A stretch of 64,000 nt of DNA. Origin: Cenococcum geophilum (taxonomy: Eukaryota). The notes below the pieces were generated by a model. The model had not been told where the DNA came from. It worked only from the letters and a program-made list of their open reading frames with translations, and made no database searches. Of the stretch, positions 1 to 13,435 are shown piece after piece (positions within the stretch are counted from its first letter, which is position 1; each line of letters starts with the position of its first letter). A program made the position numbers and the translations under genes. The stretch covers positions 2,852,001 through 2,916,000 of the forward strand of contig CP158635.1 of NCBI GenBank assembly GCA_050273025.1, given 5' to 3'.

Positions 1-3000
1 ATATTGCAATATGCTATATAGGGTAGATCTTTATTTTAGCTAATAGGTCTAACTTAAATGTAACCAGTGAAATTCTTTATGCAATTTTAAAAGGTCCTAG
101 TCTAATATAGTCTAATTTTTTGCTTAGTTATTAACTCTTAAAATTTTTATATAGTAGCCACACTTTATCTCCCTCCTTAAAATCTGGTCCCTTAGATCTC
201 TTAGTATTATAGTACTTTTTTATTCTCTCTTATACTTTTTTAGCTAATTCTATAAGGTCTATATAAAGGTTTATTAACGTCTTTATTCTTTCTTTAGCTA
301 CGCTACTCGTTTTCTTTACTTACTATAATAATAACGATATTCTTGGCTTATATCTATAATTTACCTTAAATAGTAATATGCCTATTCCCTCTTAAGGTGT
401 TATATTGTATATAAACTATATAACTAGTAATAACAATACCTAATTATTCTATACGTGATTAATATAATGCCTTAGATACTACTCTAGCGTTTAATTTAAT
501 CTTTCTATTTAACCGTCTGTCTGCGGATAATATATAGTAGAAGTTACTGCTTTAACTCCTTATTCCGCTAAGAATACCTCCTAGAATACTGCTATAAATC
601 TTAAATCCCTATCTAATATAATCTTATTTAGTGCTCTATGTCTTATAAATACTTCTTTAATATAGATTCTAGCAACATCTTTTACTAATATTTCTTCTAT
701 GCATGCTATAAAGTATCCCTACTTTATAAGCTTATCTATTATTACTAAAATCGCGTTATAGTCTTATTCGGTAATAGGATCTCTTAACCTTAGTAACTTT
801 ATAATAAAGTCCTATAATATAACCTCCTATAGTCTCTCTGGTATTTTAATAGGTTATAGCCCTCTATATAGCTTATACCTCGTTAGTTTATTCCTTTAGC
901 AATCTAAACACTCTCTTATAACTTTTCTTACGATATTCTAGATTCCGTCAATAATATACTTTTTTTAAAGTCTTAACACTAAGCCTGTAGCTCCGTTGTG
1001 CCCTTAAGTTATTCCCTTATAGAATTCTTCTATAAAATGCTCTGCTATGCTTCTTAGGATATACTTTACTTCTCGATTTTCGTATATATCCGTCTATAGA
1101 TCTTCTAGCTATGCTTCTAGAATTCTTTATGCCTAAAAGCTTTCTAGTAACTTATAAACTTTGTTTAGTTTCTCTTAAGTTGCTATAATTTTTGGATAAT
1201 TATACCTAATTAATCCGTCTATATCTTTTCGCAGTAAAGCCCCTAATGGCTTTTTATTATTTTATAGTTTAGCTTTTTAACTTAGAGCGTCTACTTATAT
1301 ATTGTTTGTACCTTTAGTATACTAAATTTTAAAATGGTATTCTATAAGCGTCTCTACCCATCTAACCTGTTTTTAGTTAAGTTCCTTTATTATTAGGAAT
1401 CCTATTAGGTTCTTATAATCCGTTTTAACTATAAATAGTTTCTCTATACCTTATAAGAATGCTTTTTATTTTTTAAGTACTATAACTATACCTAACAACT
1501 CCTTGTTATAGATGTCGTAGTTTAACTCTAGTAGTGTTATCTTCTAACTATAGTATGCTACTAGGTGCTATCTATCTTAATATTTCTGTATAAAGTATAC
1601 CCCTAATATAAAGTCTAATACATCTATCTTTACAACCGTCTTTAATTCTAGTTAATAGATCTTAAGAACTAGCTCCTAGGTAAACAACCTTTTAACTTTT
1701 TTAAATAATTTCCGCTGTTCCTTTCCCTATACCTATAGTTCTTCTTTCTTTATTAATTGCGTAAATGGTTTAATATCCTTTAACCATTACGCTATAAACC
1801 TCCTATAGTAATTATAAAACCCTAGGAATAATCTTAATTACGTAACGTTCTCTAGTTCTTACTAATTTACTATAGCCTTAATCTTTTTTAGATCTATACT
1901 AAGTTGGCCTAATTTAATAATAAATCTAACGAAATTGGTCTTTTTGGTAAAAAACTCGTATTTCTTAATTACTACTAGCATCTATTCTTCCTGTAGTCTC
2001 TTTAAAACCTATTTAACATATTCCCCATATTCTTCCTTAGTTATTAAGTAGATAATAATGTTATTAAGGCATACTATAACAAACTCATCCAAGTATTCTC
2101 CTAATATATTATTGATTCGCTTCTAGAACGTTGCTAGTACGTTTATAAGCCCGAATTATATAACTAATAGTTTATATAGTCCTTCCTTTAATCTAAAAGC
2201 TGCTTTCTATTTATTACCTTCCTTAATCCAGATCTAATGGTATGCCTATCTTAGATCTATCTTCGTAAAGATCTACGCGTTGCCTATCCTATCTTAAATT
2301 TCGCTAATTAAGGGTAAAGAATACCTATCCTTTTTAGTAATACTATTTAACTATCTATAGTTAATACACAGCCTTAGTTTGCTATTCTTTTTTGGTATAA
2401 ACAGTACTAGATAACCTGCTAATAATTACAATAGTCTAATATATCCCTTTTATAGGGTTTCTTAAATAAACTCTTTAAGTGCTCTAGACTCTTCTTCCAT
2501 AAGCTTATAGGTTAGAAAGAACCTTAGACTTATTCCTAGTTCTAACTCTATCTTATAGTTCTATATTATATAATCTAATAGCTTTTTACTTTCTAGTAAC
2601 CATAGTTTTCTACCATACTTATAGTATCTCTTTAGTACGTAACTTATGCCTCGCTTAGTCTCTTTATATATCGCTTTAACTTAGTACTATACTAACTTGG
2701 TCTATTATCGCATCTTATAGCGTTAAGTATCCCTAATATTAACTTAACCGGTAATCTAATCAATCTTTAAATTATATTCCTATAATTAAAGCATTCTTAA
2801 TACTACCTTATCCCGTCCTAATAGTAGGATATTAAAAGATATCTCAATTTATCTTCCTTTAATGGTTATCTAAATAGGTCCTGTTTTAAGATTAATAATC
2901 CCTCCTCTATAGGCTATTAGATCTCCTAAAATTATAACTAATAGGTAAGATTACTCCTTTTATCTATAAGGTAATCCTATTTTTTTTAACTACTACTAGT

Positions 3001-6000
3001 AAGATATAGTTTCGCGTTACTCTACTATCTATTAGTGCTTCAAACTGCTAATCTTGCCATTTAACTTATAAATTTAGGTATTGTCCTTAAATTCCTTTAA
3101 GGGTCTAAGGCTTTACTACTAGCTCCCTCTAGTCCTATAGGCCTCTACTTTTCCTAACTATTAGCTGCTTAATCCTTATACATTTAGCTTATTCTTTAGC
3201 TAATACCTAGTTCGCTTTTTGTCTTTAATATACTATAGACACGTATTCTCTAGGTATTCTCACCACTATTATCTATTTAAGCATTCTTCCATAAGGAATC
3301 TTTCTGGCTAAAGTATTAAGTCCCCTTAGGCTTGTATTTCTACTAGGTGCTAACTATATATATACTTAGCGTTTTAATATTTTGCCTTATTTAATAACTA
3401 GTGTATCCTTACTAGGTACTTCCGGTTCTTATCTTTTAGTGCTCTATATATATTACACGCATTATCCACGCATATAATCTATGCCAATATATAATATGCT
3501 TAGTGTTTTAGGTCAACTCTTAGCTCGTCTTTATCCTTAAGTTTAAACCTCTCTTATATTAACCTAAGCGTTATAACTTTATTTATAGGTACTGTAATTT
3601 GCCTCTCTTCTCTAATCCTCTAATTGCTCCTCTAGATCTTTTAACGTCATAATTAAGGCTCCTTTAATGTAACTTATGGCCTTTTCCATAATCGGGTAGT
3701 CTTAGATAACTTTCTTATCTAACCACATATAGAAATCTTCCCACTTATCGTTATATCGTTACCTATACCACTTTTAGTACAGCTGCTAGAGTATATACGG
3801 CTCGTCCGTAAGGAAGTATCTTCTTATTACTATATTATAACAGCCCTTTATGTATTGTTTCTTAAACCTAGTTAAAATCCCTAAATCCTCTTCTTATTCC
3901 AGTTTGGTAAGCTACTTAGCTCTTAGTATGCCTATCCTAGGCCTATTAGTAATTTTTTATACTAGTGCTCTATCCCTTATATGTCCTAATATACTAGATC
4001 TTTTATCTAGTTTCTGTTCTTACTATACAATAATTCTTTACCTAAATTCTTCTATAGTTTCTTTTAGTTTACGTCTCGCAAATAAATCCTTAAAGTCTTT
4101 TTACTTCTTAATCTTAGTGTTATTATTTTAGTCTTTAGGCCAAACACTACGTTCTCCTAGTAAGTCTTCTGGGTTTATATATCTATCTCCTAGTCTAACT
4201 ACTATTTATACTATAGATTCTCTAATCTATAAAGAAGCCTCTTACCTCTTTCTTATGGGTGTTTTTATTCGTACTCCAAATTCTTAGTCCCTTAAATTCT
4301 TTAATCCTAAGCTTACTTCTAACTTAAGCTTAGCTTCTACCTTAGTCTAACTAGGCTTAGGTATTCTTATCTTATCTTAAAAGTCTTAAATTTTACTTAT
4401 CTCGTCTTAAGAGTCTTATATCTATAGGAAACTTCGTCCTAAGCTTATTCGTATATTTTTAAACTAAGCTATTACTCTACTCTATCGGTTATCGTCTATT
4501 ATAGGTCCTTAAGCTTACCTCATTTTATTCTAAGAATTTTGGTCATCTCTTATCTCATCTTAAGAGTCTTAAGCTTTTAGCCTTTTGCCTTTATTAAGTG
4601 CCAAAGTAGCTTACTATTCTACTTCTTTTATATCTTATAAAGCGATAGACATCATGTCTAGTAGGGTTTTAATCCCTACTAATATTCCCTGTTCTGTAGT
4701 GGAATTATCTTTTACCTCTTATATAACATCTCTAATAGCTATATATTCCTAGTAAACCGCCTCTATTACCTTATTATTATAAAATGTTTTGCCTATATTA
4801 AATTTATTATCCTTAATGTCCAATCTGCGAACTGGTTTATTAGTTCCTTTATATTCCGCTATATATAGCTCTTATAGCCAATAGCTTGCGCTATACTTAG
4901 CGTCCTTATAAATTTGGTATATATTATTATAACAAAACGCAAAACTTTTAATTGAACATTCTTTCGTTCCTCGCAGTATATTATTATCCCTCTATACATA
5001 TATATTGTCTGCTAGTCTTATCCCTTTTACTATATAGTAATTCTAACTACTTTTATAGTCTCTAACGTAATAACCTTATTTTCCGTAATTTATATAAGCT
5101 CCTTCTTTAAACTATTTTTCTTACTATAGAGTCCGCCTAAACGTCTTCTACTGTTAAGATCCCTAATTTAGCCTCTACTCCTTAGGTCTTTAATTACTTA
5201 ATCCTTACCCTCTAGGTTTCTATAATTTCTTACTCTACCTCTTATAGGCTTCTCTAGTACTACTTAGGTCCATTAGCTTTACGCTATACTATAGTTTTTA
5301 ACTTAGCTTTAGTTGTTACGTACTTTACACCTTATATAACTATAGAACTCTATTCTAGCCTCTTTTAGCATATTCCCTTTAGTAGATCTAATTATTAATC
5401 TTAATTGCTTAATCTATTAATTCCCGTAGGGTATCTATATCTTCTATTAGGATAATCGCGTTTTAGACTTTAGCCTTAAGTCCTTATTTATACTATGCCA
5501 TAAGCGCCTTATTATTCCACTCTACTTATATTACTAACGTCTAGAACTACGTTATATACTTAATTACTAAGGTTTGTTATATAATATCTTAGAGCTTTCT
5601 TTCCGCTATAGTTACTACCTCTAGGTCTCTAAATATTTATATAAGTTATTTTATAAACCCTTCCTAGCTTACGAACATAAACCATATATCTTAATTAGTG
5701 GTTATTATACCGTTTACTTATATCTCTATAAAGTAAGGCTTAAACTACTTAAGTGCCCTTCCTAATAGAAATAGTCCCGCATATACTATTCAATCCATAG
5801 GTATTAACAGCTTTACTCCTTCTTGCGTAACCTTAAAGTATATTTACGTAAGAAATCTTTTAAGTTTTAATCTTTCTCCTAAGTACCTTTTAATTAATAG
5901 TAACTTAATCTTTGCTACACCTATCCTATTAATCCTATTTTCCAACGTCGCATTATTTTCTATTAGCTGGTTAACTATCTCTTATAGTTATCTAACCGTT

Positions 6001-6570
6001 ATAGGTTGCTATAAGTTAGTATCTGCTATACTAGTGTCGTTACCTAACCTTAAAGTAGTTACCGCCGTTAATAGCGTTATAGTGGCTGCTTTTAGTAGTA
6101 TATTGTTTAACTTTCTATACTTAATACCATAACTAGGTAGTAATTATATAACGGAACCTTATAGCAGGAACTACGATAGGCTTATTAATAGGCTAAGTAT
6201 ATAGGTAATACAAGTTAAAGTTAACAATATAATAATAACTAGTGGAGTGGTTACCTAATAGATTAACTCTAATTATATTCTAAGAATTACTATAAGGAAG
6301 GAATTATCTAGGTAGGGATTAAGGGTCCTTAAATATACAACCGTACTCCTATAAAATCCTTCTTATATATAATAAACGTGTGCTCTGTCTGCTCTGTTAC
6401 GGATTACGCAGATCCTACAGATTATACAGATCACCTCACGTGACCTCGGTTACCATTCCTCGTCACATAGTTCTATCGGTTCCATCCTGGACCGTGCTTA
6501 TATCAACTAACTAGCTTCTTTCAACTCTCCCCCAAGTAGTCGTAACATTATACTTAAAGCGTCCGTAACA
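1..6570 (-). mobile_element. RIP-degenerate Ty3/Gypsy LTR retrotransposon; its 3' part runs off the left edge of the window
   Basis: Minus-strand translation gives Gypsy domain order with many RIP stops: protease ALIDSRVTRNYI (~3010-3045), RT LRLCINYR*LN...DRYSLPLI (~2310-2380) and VCLNNIIIY (YLDD-like, ~2050-2075), RNase H VKIDVLDF (~1610-1635), integrase DFIIKLL...AILVIIDKL (~730-812). Right end is ...TCCGTAACA at 6570. Confidence 0.9.
6147..6570 (-). repeat. Probable 5' LTR of the left Gypsy element (left boundary uncertain: 6147 or 6395)
   Basis: Ends TCCGTAACA (6562-6570). Candidate starts are TATAACGGA (RIPed TGTAACGGA, 6147) or TGTTACGGA (6395). The partner LTR is outside the window. 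Confidence 0.55.
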
Positions 6571-7021
6571 AGCAAACTTTACTAATAGAATTGCGGAATT
6601 AGAAGCAGAAAATTTAAGGTTAATGGGTAAGGTCAATAAGTTAAAGGATACTGCTGCGGCAGAGTTAACATTTAAGCGAGATGCTAAAGAGGCCGCGAAC
6701 CAGCTTATAGCGGTGCTATATATAGCAGAATTAGAAAACCAGCACCTAAAGAGGGATATTCAAAAATGGGCTACTATGGCAGAAAAATTTAGAGTAAGCA
6801 CTGCAGATTCCCACCAGATTGTGAATGAGGCGTTTTTCGTATTAGAAAAGTTAAAATCTTCACTGCCTTCTATTTGTATGTAATTCTTCAAGGTTAAGAA
6901 ACCTGGCAACTTCACTGCGCTGCTGGGTTCGCTTAAATTGCCACTCATATCTACGGAAGTAAAGTGGCCGTCTAACTTAGACAGCTAGCTTTTACAATCA
7001 AGCATGCTGCAACATTCAACA

Positions 7022-8314
7022 CGATCGAGTGCATTAGTGCCGATGGTAGGTATCTAGACCCTATGATTATTTGGCCAGCAAGTACCCATCGAAGCAACTG
7101 GACCACGTTCCCTACCCCCGGATGGCAGTATGCGTACTCCGAATCTGGATATACCGACTCTAAAATTAGCTTCGAGTGGCTTAAGCGTATATTTGATCCC
7201 CAAACTTAGGAGCAAGCTAACAAGAAACCACGGGTACTGATTTGTGACGGATTCTGTTGGAGATTGGAAGAAGAAGTGATTGCAGTATGCTTGATTGTAA
7301 AAGCTAGCTGTCTAGGTGTTATTATATAGACAAATAGACTTGGTTGCCTAGATGGTAGTAGCTGCCTGCTAGGCAGCTACCCATGATCTGGGATCCAACT
7401 GATTCGGGACGCACGAGACCCTCGAAATCTTAGAGTTTTGTTTCGAAAACAATATTATCCTATGTCGTCTCCCCTCTCACACCTCCCACAAACTCCAGCC
7501 CTGTGACGTCGCAGTGTTTGCCTCACTGAAGGACGCCTATCGCGAACAGGTTGATCGACTAGAGCGAGGAGGTGTGAATACAATCGGCAAGCAGCATTTC
7601 ACCACTCTCTTCAGCCCGGCAAGGGAAAGAGCGTTTACGCCGAAGAATATCAAGGCAGGTTTCGCTGCGAGTGGTTTATTCCCGTTCAATCCAGATAGAG
7701 TACTCAGACATATGCCAAAGCACCCCGCTGACCTAAATATCCCGAAAGCCGATAAGGTGGAGGTGGGGTCTTGTCCGCAAGATATAGTACTACAAACGCC
7801 TGTGACGCCAGTGTCAGCAGAGAGTTTCATGTCGCTGCAAAATCTAATCATCAAGCAGGTTGCTCATGCGCTTGATGACACAAGCAAACAGAAGTTAGAG
7901 AGGCACGTACTAAAGTTCACCAAAGCTGGCCAGATGTTCCTTGCCAAGGGTGCTCTCCAGGAGGACCAAATTCAATTCTTGACCACAATTAACAACGAAG
8001 CCAAGGCTCGACGATCAACCAAGTCGTTGGTCCTAGGGAAGGCGAAGGTCATGAGTCATGAGGACCTTAAGGAAGCACGAGCGAAGCGTGCTGAAAAAGA
8101 GGCTGCCAAAGAAGCCAAAGGTAAGGGCAAACGTGGTCGGAAGTGCAAAAGTGCTACGCCAGAGGCAGATGAAGCCACCATGTACAAGGCGAAACGTGGT
8201 CGGAAGCGCAACAGTGCTGTGCCAGAGGCAGATGCATCAGAGCCAAAGGCCAAGGTAGCGCGGATAAGTAACGCGCCAGAGTCAGTGAGAGACTCAGTGG
8301 CGCAGATGTGGTAG
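7022..8314 (+). pseudogene. pogo/Fot1-type (DDE_1) transposase relic, 5'-truncated and interrupted by a solo LTR
   Basis: TIECISADGRYLDPMIIWP...SESGYTDS...EWLKRIFDPQT*...RVLICDGF, resuming after the insertion as GTHETLEILEFCFENNIILCRLPSHTSHKLQPCDVAVF and running into ORF 7514-8314. The DGxxxH and LPxHTSHxLQPxDV motifs are typical of fungal Fot1/pogo. A possible element end is ...GGAGG|TA at 8473. Confidence 0.9.
7255..7400. mobile_element. 146-bp solo LTR (Copia-like termini) with 5-bp TSD GATTC
   Basis: Termini TGTTGGA...TCCAACT; GATTC at 7250-7254 and 7401-7405. Removing it restores the transposase frame (DGF-GTH). Confidence 0.85.
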
Positions 8315-8661
8315 AGACTGCCGTACGAGAGATAGAGAATCAGATAGACAGATCCTCAGCTGGGATCGGTTTGAGGCAGGCACGCGCTGGCTTCGCGACC
8401 TGTTGCTTTGCTGTACAGTAGAGTTGGTCTTCGTCGCCCTTTTGGCGCAATAATAATAATGGTCGTATGGAGGTACAGACAGGCGAATAGAGATAGAGAC
8501 CGGCTCGCCATCATTGTGCCCGCCCGTCTTCCTCAGCCCCCCTCCCTCATCGCCTTCCACTCCATCAAATCTTAGAATGTGACATCCAAAAACTCCTAAA
8601 CCACTGAAAAGAAGAGTATCTTGGGTGGGTGATGGCTGTTTAAATGTTGATTCTTGGCGCC

Positions 8662-8667
8662 CACGTG
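8662..8667. promoter_or_regulatory. CACGTG (in CCCACGTGGG) candidate Pho4/NUC-1/PalcA bHLH site
   Basis: Palindromic E-box about 720 bp upstream of a phosphate symporter ATG; CACGTG is the established PHO-regulon motif. Confidence 0.6.
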
Positions 8668-9385
8668 GGTGAATTGACACTTTTAATAGGAGGTAAACGA
8701 TGTTTACATCAATGCTGCCAAGACCTGCCAAGACCCCCCATCCCGCTCAAGTTTTTTCTCAAGCTATGAATCTTCACTTTTCACCGTGGAAATACGGGAA
8801 AAGTGGAAAAAGTTCGTAAAACGACAACAAGATGGGCTCAAATCCATGCATCCAGACCCTGTAAGTACCACTTTCTCCTTCCCTTTCGGTGGAGTCTGTA
8901 TTACTATTTACCTAGTGGCAATCAGATCCGTATTCATTATTCAATGCTAATTCTATATTTTCCATCGGACAGGCCGAGTACCAATGCTTTACTGGCCGGA
9001 CCTTCTGAGATGAGCATGGTGGAGCAGAAAGCCTATAGCTTCCCTCCCTTGCGAATCATACCCCATCCTACGGGAACATGTACACAGATTTCGTGCCACT
9101 CTCCATGGATGCTGGCTGTGCGATCTTCATCTTTTCTTCCTTTGCGCCTTCTCCGTTCAGCTATCAGCCCGATAAGCTAGGGCTTGCATGCAGAGGCAGG
9201 GTCTTCGGAGCGCTAGTTGATGGTTTAGTATTGAATGTCACTTCTGCATGGGGGTCCTTGAAAATATATAATATGCTGGATGTCCTTCCCTTGTCTGGTT
9301 TCTTCCCTTCTCTTCTCAACCAATCAAGTACTCTTTCAATAATTCATCCAAGGACACTTGATCATACCTGATCACAACCGCAAAG

Positions 9386-11470
9386 ATGGTGATGACCGAG
9401 TATACCTACGTTTTTGCCATTGGCACAATGTTTGCGCTCCTTGAAGCGTATAACAATGGTGCAAGTACGTACTCCCTTACCTGTCCTGTACTCTTCGATC
9501 AGAAACTAACCATCGAACAGACGATGTTGCTAACGCTTGGGCGACATCCGTGTCCTCCCGATCCGTTACATATCGACAAGCCATGGCTCTGTGTTTGGTC
9601 TTCGAAATGACAGGTGCTCTGGCAGTCGGCGCCCGAACAGCTTCCACAATCAAGAACGGAATGTATGTTGTAGAAAACATAGGAAATGGCCAAGAGAATA
9701 CTCGCTAACGGCAACAGTATCCCAATCGCAGCATTCAATGGAAATGCCGGTGTTCAATTATTGGCTTTCGCTTGTGCCGCTGCAGGTGCGGCTATCTGGG
9801 TCATGTGGTGTACACGCCACTCTGCTCACGTCTCGTCAACATACTCATTGGTCTCATCTATCGCTGGTGTTGGTGTTGCCGCCGTAGGAGCCAAGAATGT
9901 CGAATGGGGTTGGAATAAGGGATCTGGTCTTGGTGCCATCTTTGCTGGTCTCTGCATGGCCCCCGCCATTTCTGCCGGCTTTGGAGCAATCATTTTCATG
10001 CTCATCAAAGTCGTAAGTCATATTGAATCGCCCTCACCAGGTACAGCTTGCTAACATCATGTAGACCGTTCACATGCGAAAGGACCCACTCAAGTACGCA
10101 GTCTTCACCTCACCATTCTTCTTCCTGATTGCAGGAACCATTTGCACGCTATCCATCGTCTACAAGGGATCTCCAAATCTCGGTCTCGATAAGAGGCCAG
10201 CCTGGTTCATCGCCAGTGTTACTCTCGGCGTTGGATTCGGATTGTTCTTCCTTTCCGCCATGTTCTTCGTCCCATACGTCCACAGCAAAATCTTGAAGAA
10301 GGATTACACCCTCAAGCTCTGGGATATCTGGCAAGGACCCGCTCTCTTCTTCCGCGAGGCACCAGCAGATGCATCAGAGGCTCGTGTACCAAACTATGCC
10401 GTTATTCAACACGGTGGTGAAGATGACGAGGACGACGGACATCTCGCAGCTCCAACCAAGGTACACAACAAGGATGAAGATGTCATCGAGAAATCCCCAT
10501 CTGGAAGTGATCAGGATATCGCAAATGAAAAGGGTCAAAGCAAGCCAGCCACAAGAACACTCGCCGAGATGGAAGATGCTATTGCCCGTGAAAACCCACA
10601 AGCTCAATACCAGCTCCTCCTCAGACGTGCGGAATTGAAGCATCATGCTGAGCTCAGAAAACACCGAGGTCCTCTTCCTTGGGCAATGCGTCTAGTCCAC
10701 AACAACCCAATGGGCGCGGGATCAATCTACGAAATTCACAACCTCCGAGCCTTCTGCATCCGTCTCCCAGCCTACGTCGTCATCGCCTTCCTCTATGGTT
10801 TCTACTACGATATTCACCGCGCACAAGTCGGAATCCTCGGTACACCTGAAGGTCGCCGCATGGACAAAGTCTACTTCCACGCCAAGAAATACCAAAATGA
10901 AGTTGAATACCTCTACTCTTTCGTGCAAATTATCACAGCTTGCACTGCTTCTTTCGCTCACGGAGCCAATGATGTCGGAAACGCTGTCGGTGTCTGGGCT
11001 GGTATGTACGGTGCATGGAGAACTGGAGAGACTGTCGCTTCCAAGGAAGAAGTTCCCCTCTGGCAAATCGCTGTTATGGCTCTCGCCATCTGTTTCGGTT
11101 TCATTACATACGGATATGTAAGTTTCCCCTTCCCCTCTTTCTTTTCCAGTCAACTAACAACTCCTTTCTCCAGAATATCATGAAAGTCATGGGCAACAAA
11201 ATCACCTACCACTCCCCATCCAGAGGCTCATCCATGGAAATGGGCGCCGCAATCACCATCTTAATCTTCTCCCAATACAAACTCCCCGTCTCAACATCCA
11301 TGTGTATCACCGGCGCCACCGTCGGAGTCGGATTATGCAATGGTACCTGGAGAGCCGTCAACTGGCAGCGAGTGGGTCTCTTGTTCTTCTCTTGGGTTAT
11401 GACTATTCCTATTGCTGGGTTGATTGGTGGTTGTTTGATGGGGTTGGCGTTGAATACTCCCGGTTATTAG
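9386..11470 (+). CDS. PHO89: Sodium/phosphate symporter, PiT/PHO4 family (PHO89 / Neurospora pho-4 homologue), 5 exons, 621 aa
   Basis: Exons 9386-9464, 9521-9662, 9718-10012, 10065-11117 and 11174-11470 total 1866 nt in frame. All four introns are GT..AG with a CTAAC branch point. Both PiT signatures are present (NGANDVANAWATSV, HGANDVGNAVG), plus SPSRG and LPVSTS..ITGA motifs. Confidence 0.96.
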
Positions 11471-12392
11471 AGAGATGGGACAGACAAGCCTTGATGGGTT
11501 TTGAGAAGTCGTTCGTTTATTCGAAGAGGTTGTGTTTGTATTGTACTTGAGAGCGATGGGTTTGTGCGGCAACATCTGCCTGCCAGCACCTTGTTATATA
11601 TTCGTATATTATCGTGCACACCGCCGTGCTCGCAGTCGTTGCCACGCTGTCATCGTCCGAGCCGCTATTTAGGTCTGCGCCAGGTCATCGTAGTCTCACT
11701 GTGTTGCTCTAATATATCTTCGCACTTTAGCCGGGTATTCCATTCACGCTTCTCGCGGCGTAACTAGAAACTTGAAGTCATCTCGTCGACGGTGGCAATG
11801 GATGGATTCACGCGGCGGTGGCGGCGGCGGCGACAACGGCGGCGATAAAGGAGCGGATTTCCCTATGGATACCAGGGCTGACAATTGTGGAGGTTTATCG
11901 TTCTGTAAAAGTTTGTCGCGACAGAGGGGTATCTCTCAACCAAAAGAGAAAACAGCCGATTTTGGCAAATATCGGCCACTTTTTGCTCTCGCTTGAGAGG
12001 GTACAGTCCAACTCGGAGTATATCGGGAAGACGGAAATTTTCGGTAAGGCTTAGCAGTCCGCCACACACAGCCACAGCTCAGCAGCCACAAGCTCTATTA
12101 TGTGAGATATACGTTGTAATTACCGTAACCAATCCACCGTGCGTACAGGTCGGTCGGACCACGCTAAAATGTCGGCCCGATAGGCGAAACCTCCGCCTAC
12201 CACACCAAATTTGACTTTCCCTGTTAAACTTTGACCTTACCTTCCACCTTACCTTCCATCACCAATTTATTAAATCCATTTAAAACCGATTCAAAATATA
12301 ATATCTAGCACATTAAAGAGCTGCGTAAGCTATCTATAACCCGTTCTAAACGTATTTTAACAGTTTAGGCCGCCTATAAAGCCTACCTAAAA

Positions 12393-13435
12393 ATGGAAAG
12401 GCTTCCTAAGGGCGTTAATGCTTTCGTTATAGTAAGTAGTTCTAAATATATTTAGAATACGTTGCTAATATAATACTAGCGTGGTAATAAGGTGGATTTA
12501 ACTATAGGGGAGGTTTTCTATTGGTATAATGTCTCGCCTAATCTAGAGAATCTGGTACTATATAGTATAAGTAGATAAATATATTAGGTTTATAATACAT
12601 TACTAATATATTTATAACGCGTTTAGAAGAAGGTTAAAGATTGCGGCACCCTTAGAAACTATATAAAGAAGCATAGCCTTAGAACCAGGAACATTAGAAA
12701 AAAAGGGGCTCCTTCTATTAAAAAGCAGGAAGAAGTAATAGGTATATATTCTAAACGTGTTCTTAACCTATTTATAACTAGTTACTAACCTATTATAGCC
12801 TTCTATTCCGCTATTATGGCTATATATAATTAAAACATATTAGGAACTACTTCTAAATATAATCCTACTAGTCCAGGCCGCTCTACTGCTACCTAACCCC
12901 CCCATACCCCCACCCCGGCTCCCCCTAGCCGCCCTTTTAGGACTACTGCCCCACAATCAACGGCTCCCATTTAAGAGAAGGTTATACCCATTAGATTTAA
13001 AAGTAGGCCTTAAAAAGGCGATATAAGATATTCCTAACGTGTTTATAATATATTCTAATTAAGTTCCTAGTATAACTTTCTAAAAATAGTTACTCTGCTT
13101 AAGGAATTAGGTGCTAAGGTTCCATATACTAAGTGTTTAGATACAACTTCTATAGGTAAGTTAATTTAGAACCCGTTTTAAACCGGTTAAAAATACATTC
13201 TAAATTTATTACAGCCTACTTATTTAAGGGTTATCTTAATTAGAGCTACTTTATTAATAATAGGTTGGATAATACTAAGGCTCCTACTACTCCAGCTTCT
13301 ACTGCTCTGGCTCCTACTAAGACTTCTAAAAAGCGTTTAAAGAAGTCTAGTTTAAAAGGTTTAAAGGCTGTAAAGAGAAATGCTACTAAACCTGCTAGAC
13401 TTACGGAGGAGGATATTACGGTAGATCTGTTTTAA
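12393..13435 (+). pseudogene. Spliced accessory gene of the TIR element, with a possible C2H2-like zinc finger
   Basis: ATG at 12393 followed by GTAAGT-type introns. The joined exons read GEVFYWY...LVLYS-KKVKDCGTLRNYIKKH, compatible with a C..C..H..H finger after reversing RIP changes; Pro-rich and Lys-rich segments follow. The end is approximate. Confidence 0.5.

Noticed and set aside
3850..4131. Small ORFs inside RIPed elements (also 26029-26293, 33535-33783, 44324-44978, 52555-52800)
   Set aside because: Chance antisense frames or fragments of degenerate gag/pol, helicase or ankyrin sequence already covered by other features.
6623..6883. 86-aa coiled-coil-like ORF
   Set aside because: No recognisable motif, and it sits between LTR fragments; cannot be assigned.
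8458..8470. 5S rRNA start (reverse complement CATACGACCAT)
   Set aside because: The match stops after about 11 nt; more likely the terminal repeat of the pogo-like element.
8294..9371. ORFs 8294-8731, 8803-9180 and 9078-9371
   Set aside because: Mostly non-ATG starts, no domains, and located in the PHO89 upstream region.
9477..11767. Overlapping and antisense ORFs within and just after PHO89
   Set aside because: Alternative frames of the spliced gene and its 3' flank.
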